Origin: Duodenibacillus sp.
GTDB lineage: Bacteria; Pseudomonadota; Gammaproteobacteria; Burkholderiales; Burkholderiaceae_F
Length of the DNA stretch: 64,000 nt
Reading direction: 5' to 3'
NCBI GenBank assembly: GCA_963661915.1
Contig: CAVLDT010000002.1
Coordinates: 21,403-85,402 of the forward strand
The first letter of the stretch is position 1; each line of letters starts with the position of its first letter. The notes beneath the pieces are model-generated. The model worked only from the letters and a program-made list of their open reading frames with translations. It was not told the origin of the DNA and searched no databases. A program made the translations under genes and the position numbers. This document shows, one piece after another, positions 61,655 through 64,000 of this stretch.

Positions 61655-62775
61655 TATTCTTCAGCGACGTCGGCTTTTGTTTTCTTAGCCTCAGTCTTTT
61701 CTTCTTCCGAGGCAACCAAACTCGTTGGCTTAGCCTTCATACCGCGCAAGGCACGAATCTTGTTTTCGATTTCGATAGCAACCTCTGGATTGCTCTTAAG
61801 GTACTCACGCACATTGTCTCGTCCCTGACCAATGCGCTCGCCCTCGTAGCTATACCAGGCGCCACTCTTAGCAATAACGTTAAGTTCGACACCCAAATCG
61901 ATTAACTCGCCTTCGTGAGAAATGCCCTCTCCATAGAGGATGTCAAACATCGCTTCTTTAAAGGGAGGAGCAACCTTGTTCTTTACGACCTTCACACGTG
62001 TTTCCGACCCGTAGACCTCGTCGCCATGCTTTAAGGGTAACTTACGGCGAATATCAATACGAACTGAACTGTAGAACTTTAGCGCATTACCGCCCGTTGT
62101 CACCTCGGGGTTGCCGTAACTCACACCAATCTTCATACGAATTTGGTTAATGAAAACGACAAGAGTCTTCGTCTTTGTAATCGAAGCTGTGAGTTTACGA
62201 AGCGCTTGACTCATAAGGCGAGCCTGAAGCCCTGGGAGAGCCTCACCCATGTCGCCTTCGATTTCGCTTCTTGGCGTAAGAGCTGCCACAGAGTCAATAA
62301 CGATTAAATCAACGGATCCCGAGCGAACCAAGGCATCCGTGATTTCGAGTGCCTGCTCACCTGTGTCAGGCTGAGAAAGGAGAAGTTCATCGAGTTTGAC
62401 ACCAAGCTTTTGCGCATACTGGACATCCAAAGCGTGCTCGGCATCGATAAAGGCACACGTTCCACCAATCTTTTGCATCTCAGCGATGACGTGTAGCGTG
62501 AGGGTCGTCTTACCAGAGCTTTCCGGCCCGAAGATTTCCACCACACGTCCACGCGGTAATCCACCAACACCGAGAGCTAGGTCAAGCCCGAGAGAACCAG
62601 TGCTTACGACTTCAACATCCTCAACGTGATCGGAGTCGCTCATACGCATAATCGAACCCTTACCGAATTCTTTTTCGATATAAGCTAATGCGGCTTCCAG
62701 AGCCTTTTTACGCTCGACCTGGTCATTGACACGTTCAACACGCACGGAATCGGACTTCTTCTTATCGGCTGCCAT
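61654..62775 (-). CDS. recA: Recombinase RecA
   Basis: [45 protein letters not shown]. Confidence 0.99.
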   Translation of the reverse strand: MAADKKKSDSVRVERVNDQVERKKALEAALAYIEKEFGKGSIMRMSDSDHVEDVEVVSTGSLGLDLALGVGGLPRGRVVEIFGPESSGKTTLTLHVIAEMQKIGGTCAFIDAEHALDVQYAQKLGVKLDELLLSQPDTGEQALEITDALVRSGSVDLIVIDSVAALTPRSEIEGDMGEALPGLQARLMSQALRKLTASITKTKTLVVFINQIRMKIGVSYGNPEVTTGGNALKFYSSVRIDIRRKLPLKHGDEVYGSETRVKVVKNKVAPPFKEAMFDILYGEGISHEGELIDLGVELNVIAKSGAWYSYEGERIGQGRDNVREYLKSNPEVAIEIENKIRALRGMKAKPTSLVASEEEKTEAKKTKADVAEE

Positions 62776-63113
62776 GATGCAGTCTCCTAATATAGAAAAT
62801 AACTATCAAGTATCAAAAATTGAAAGAGGAAAAGTTTTCAGGATCACTAAATTATCCTCTAAACCACGAAACTCTATCAATCCTTCTAAAGAATTGGAGC
62901 TTAACGCCCTCTTTTCGTTTCTTTCATTTTTTATTATGCTCCGTTTTTTTTCATTTGCACGGTTTAAATGGATTATTTATATTAGTGTTTACCCTAATAT
63001 AGGTGACCAAAACATATAGTTTTGATTAATTTGATAGCAAAAAGAGAAAATCTGGGGTGACTTAGGAGAGAAACGAATGCCGCAATACACCCCCAAAAAA
63101 GGGTTTTCGGGGC

Positions 63114-63150
63114 TTGACAACCCTAGAAAATTCGTGTTTAATTCGCTCCC
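63114..63150 (+). promoter_or_regulatory. Sigma-70 stable-RNA promoter of the tRNA-Lys pair
   Basis: TTGACA-N17-TTTAAT followed by GC-rich discriminator TCGCTCCC. Confidence 0.8.
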
Positions 63151-63199
63151 TCGGTTGACTGTTCCTCTGTGAACTTGAGCTGACCGCTTAGTTTAAAGG

Positions 63200-63275
63200 G
63201 GGTCGTTAGCTCAGTCGGTAGAGCAGCGGACTTTTAATCCGTTGGTCGTGAGTTCGAATCTCGCACGACCCACCA
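63200..63275 (+). tRNA. tRNA-Lys (anticodon TTT)
   Basis: GGGTCGT/ACGACCC acceptor, GCGGA-CTTTTAA-TCCGT arm, GTTCGAATC, ACCA. Confidence 0.97.
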
Positions 63276-63298
63276 ATGGATCGGTCTCAATCGGGCAT

Positions 63299-63374
63299 GG
63301 GAGCGTAGCTCAGTTGGTAGAGCAGCGGACTCTTAATCCGTCGGTCCAGAGTTCGAGTCTCTGCGCTCCCACCA
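63299..63374 (+). tRNA. tRNA-Lys (anticodon CTT)
   Basis: GGGAGCG/CGCTCCC acceptor, GCGGA-CTCTTAA-TCCGT arm, GTTCGAGTC, ACCA. Confidence 0.97.
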
Positions 63375-63381
63375 GATACCT

Positions 63382-63416
63382 AAACACCGCAGGCAAATGA
63401 CCTGCGGTGTTTTTTA
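63382..63416 (+). terminator. Rho-independent terminator after the tRNA-Lys pair (possibly bidirectional)
   Basis: AAACACCGCAGG / CCTGCGGTGTTT perfect stem plus T run. Confidence 0.9.
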
Positions 63417-63448
63417 GCGCCAAATTTTCCCCTTGAAAAAGAGCTCTT

Positions 63449-63850
63449 TCAAGCGACCGTGTTTGCGAGTTCGATAAGGTTGCCGTCAGGATCTCGTACG
63501 TAAAGAGAGCGTAACTTAGAAAAAGTCCCTGTTCTCTCAACGGGTCCAAGCTCGATAGCAACGCCCTTCTCCTTTAGCGTAGCAATAACCGCCTCTAACG
63601 GACTATCCACGATAAAACACAAGTCAGCGGACCCAGGAGTGGGTACCTTTGCCCGCGGAAGAATGGGCTCGCCTGCCGCTTCGTGAAGATTGATTTTCCC
63701 TGTCCCGTAAACAAGAGCTACGCGGCCGCAGCCAAACTCCTCTAGCCGCATCCCGAGCGCTTGTGTATAAAAAGCAACACTCTTTTCTTTATCAGCAACA
63801 GTAAGAACAATATGGTCACAACGCTCAATCGCGAAGGTCTTTTCTGCCAT
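63449..63850 (-). CDS. VOC / glyoxalase family protein
   Basis: DHIVLTV.D, FY...LG, KINLH, PTPGSADLCF, GPV.RTG, SLYVRDPDGNLIEL. Confidence 0.93.
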   Translation of the reverse strand: MAEKTFAIERCDHIVLTVADKEKSVAFYTQALGMRLEEFGCGRVALVYGTGKINLHEAAGEPILPRAKVPTPGSADLCFIVDSPLEAVIATLKEKGVAIELGPVERTGTFSKLRSLYVRDPDGNLIELANTVA

Positions 63851-63864
63851 AACTCTTCCCCTTC

Positions 63865-63902
63865 AAAAAAACCGACCTTTCCACTCTTAAGGAAAAGGCC
63901 GG
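63865..63902 (-). terminator. Rho-independent terminator of the edge gene
   Basis: Minus strand: CCGGCCTTTTCC / GGAAAGGTCGG stem followed by T7. Confidence 0.7.
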
Positions 63903-63932
63903 CTTCTTTGTTAAATCACGCTTTGTGATTCT

Positions 63933-64000
63933 TTACTTTTCAATGGGCTTAACTGCCTTCCAAATAAGTCCGACAATTGCACCGGTCACGGCGAAGGATA
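63933..64000 (-). CDS. C-terminal end of a probable membrane protein (truncated by window edge)
   Basis: Open frame SFAVTGAIVGLIWKAVKPIEK* ending just before a terminator. Confidence 0.45.
   Translation of the reverse strand, partial: SFAVTGAIVGLIWKAVKPIEK

Noticed and set aside
62726..63019. Short plus-strand ORFs upstream of recA (97 and 60 aa)
   Set aside because: Low-complexity Phe/Leu/Ser-rich translations of AT-rich promoter DNA with no convincing RBS.

Overview
A 64 kb stretch of core chromosome from a moderate-GC betaproteobacterium. Gene content and order (thiL-pgpA-cinA, lolB-ispE-tRNA-Gln-prs-rplY-pth, ffh-ccsA-PP0621-ampD, split hldE kinase, tRNA-Gly-trmB) point to Burkholderiales, most plausibly Sutterellaceae; this is an inference, no database search was run. 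Most of the window is housekeeping: groESL, riboflavin and thiamine genes, glyA, glnS, nadK-recN-ruvCAB, recR, LPS and heptose genes, ffh, rnhA-dnaQ, metNI, murA, recAX and four tRNAs. The accessory or unexplained parts are small. (1) An orphan AAA_14/DUF4143 ATPase-nuclease gene is preceded by a phased array of about five degenerate 23-bp repeats containing a perfect palindrome; this is the best candidate for an undescribed system. (2) A phage or satellite relic sits between waaA and hldA: an intact P4-alpha-like Zn-ribbon/TOPRIM primase followed by a Bro-N pseudogene that the ORF track misses. (3) A GNAT/MarR/cupin islet carries three copies of a readable operator. (4) Structured 5' leaders lie upstream of ffh, glyA and rplY. 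(5) GlnRS has an insertion of about 90 aa. (6) Several expected neighbours or sites are absent here (CIRCE and hrcA, ribBA, xerC, metQ, LexA box). No CRISPR array, rRNA, integrase or transposase was seen. Start codons were adjusted by eye where the ORF track over-extends.
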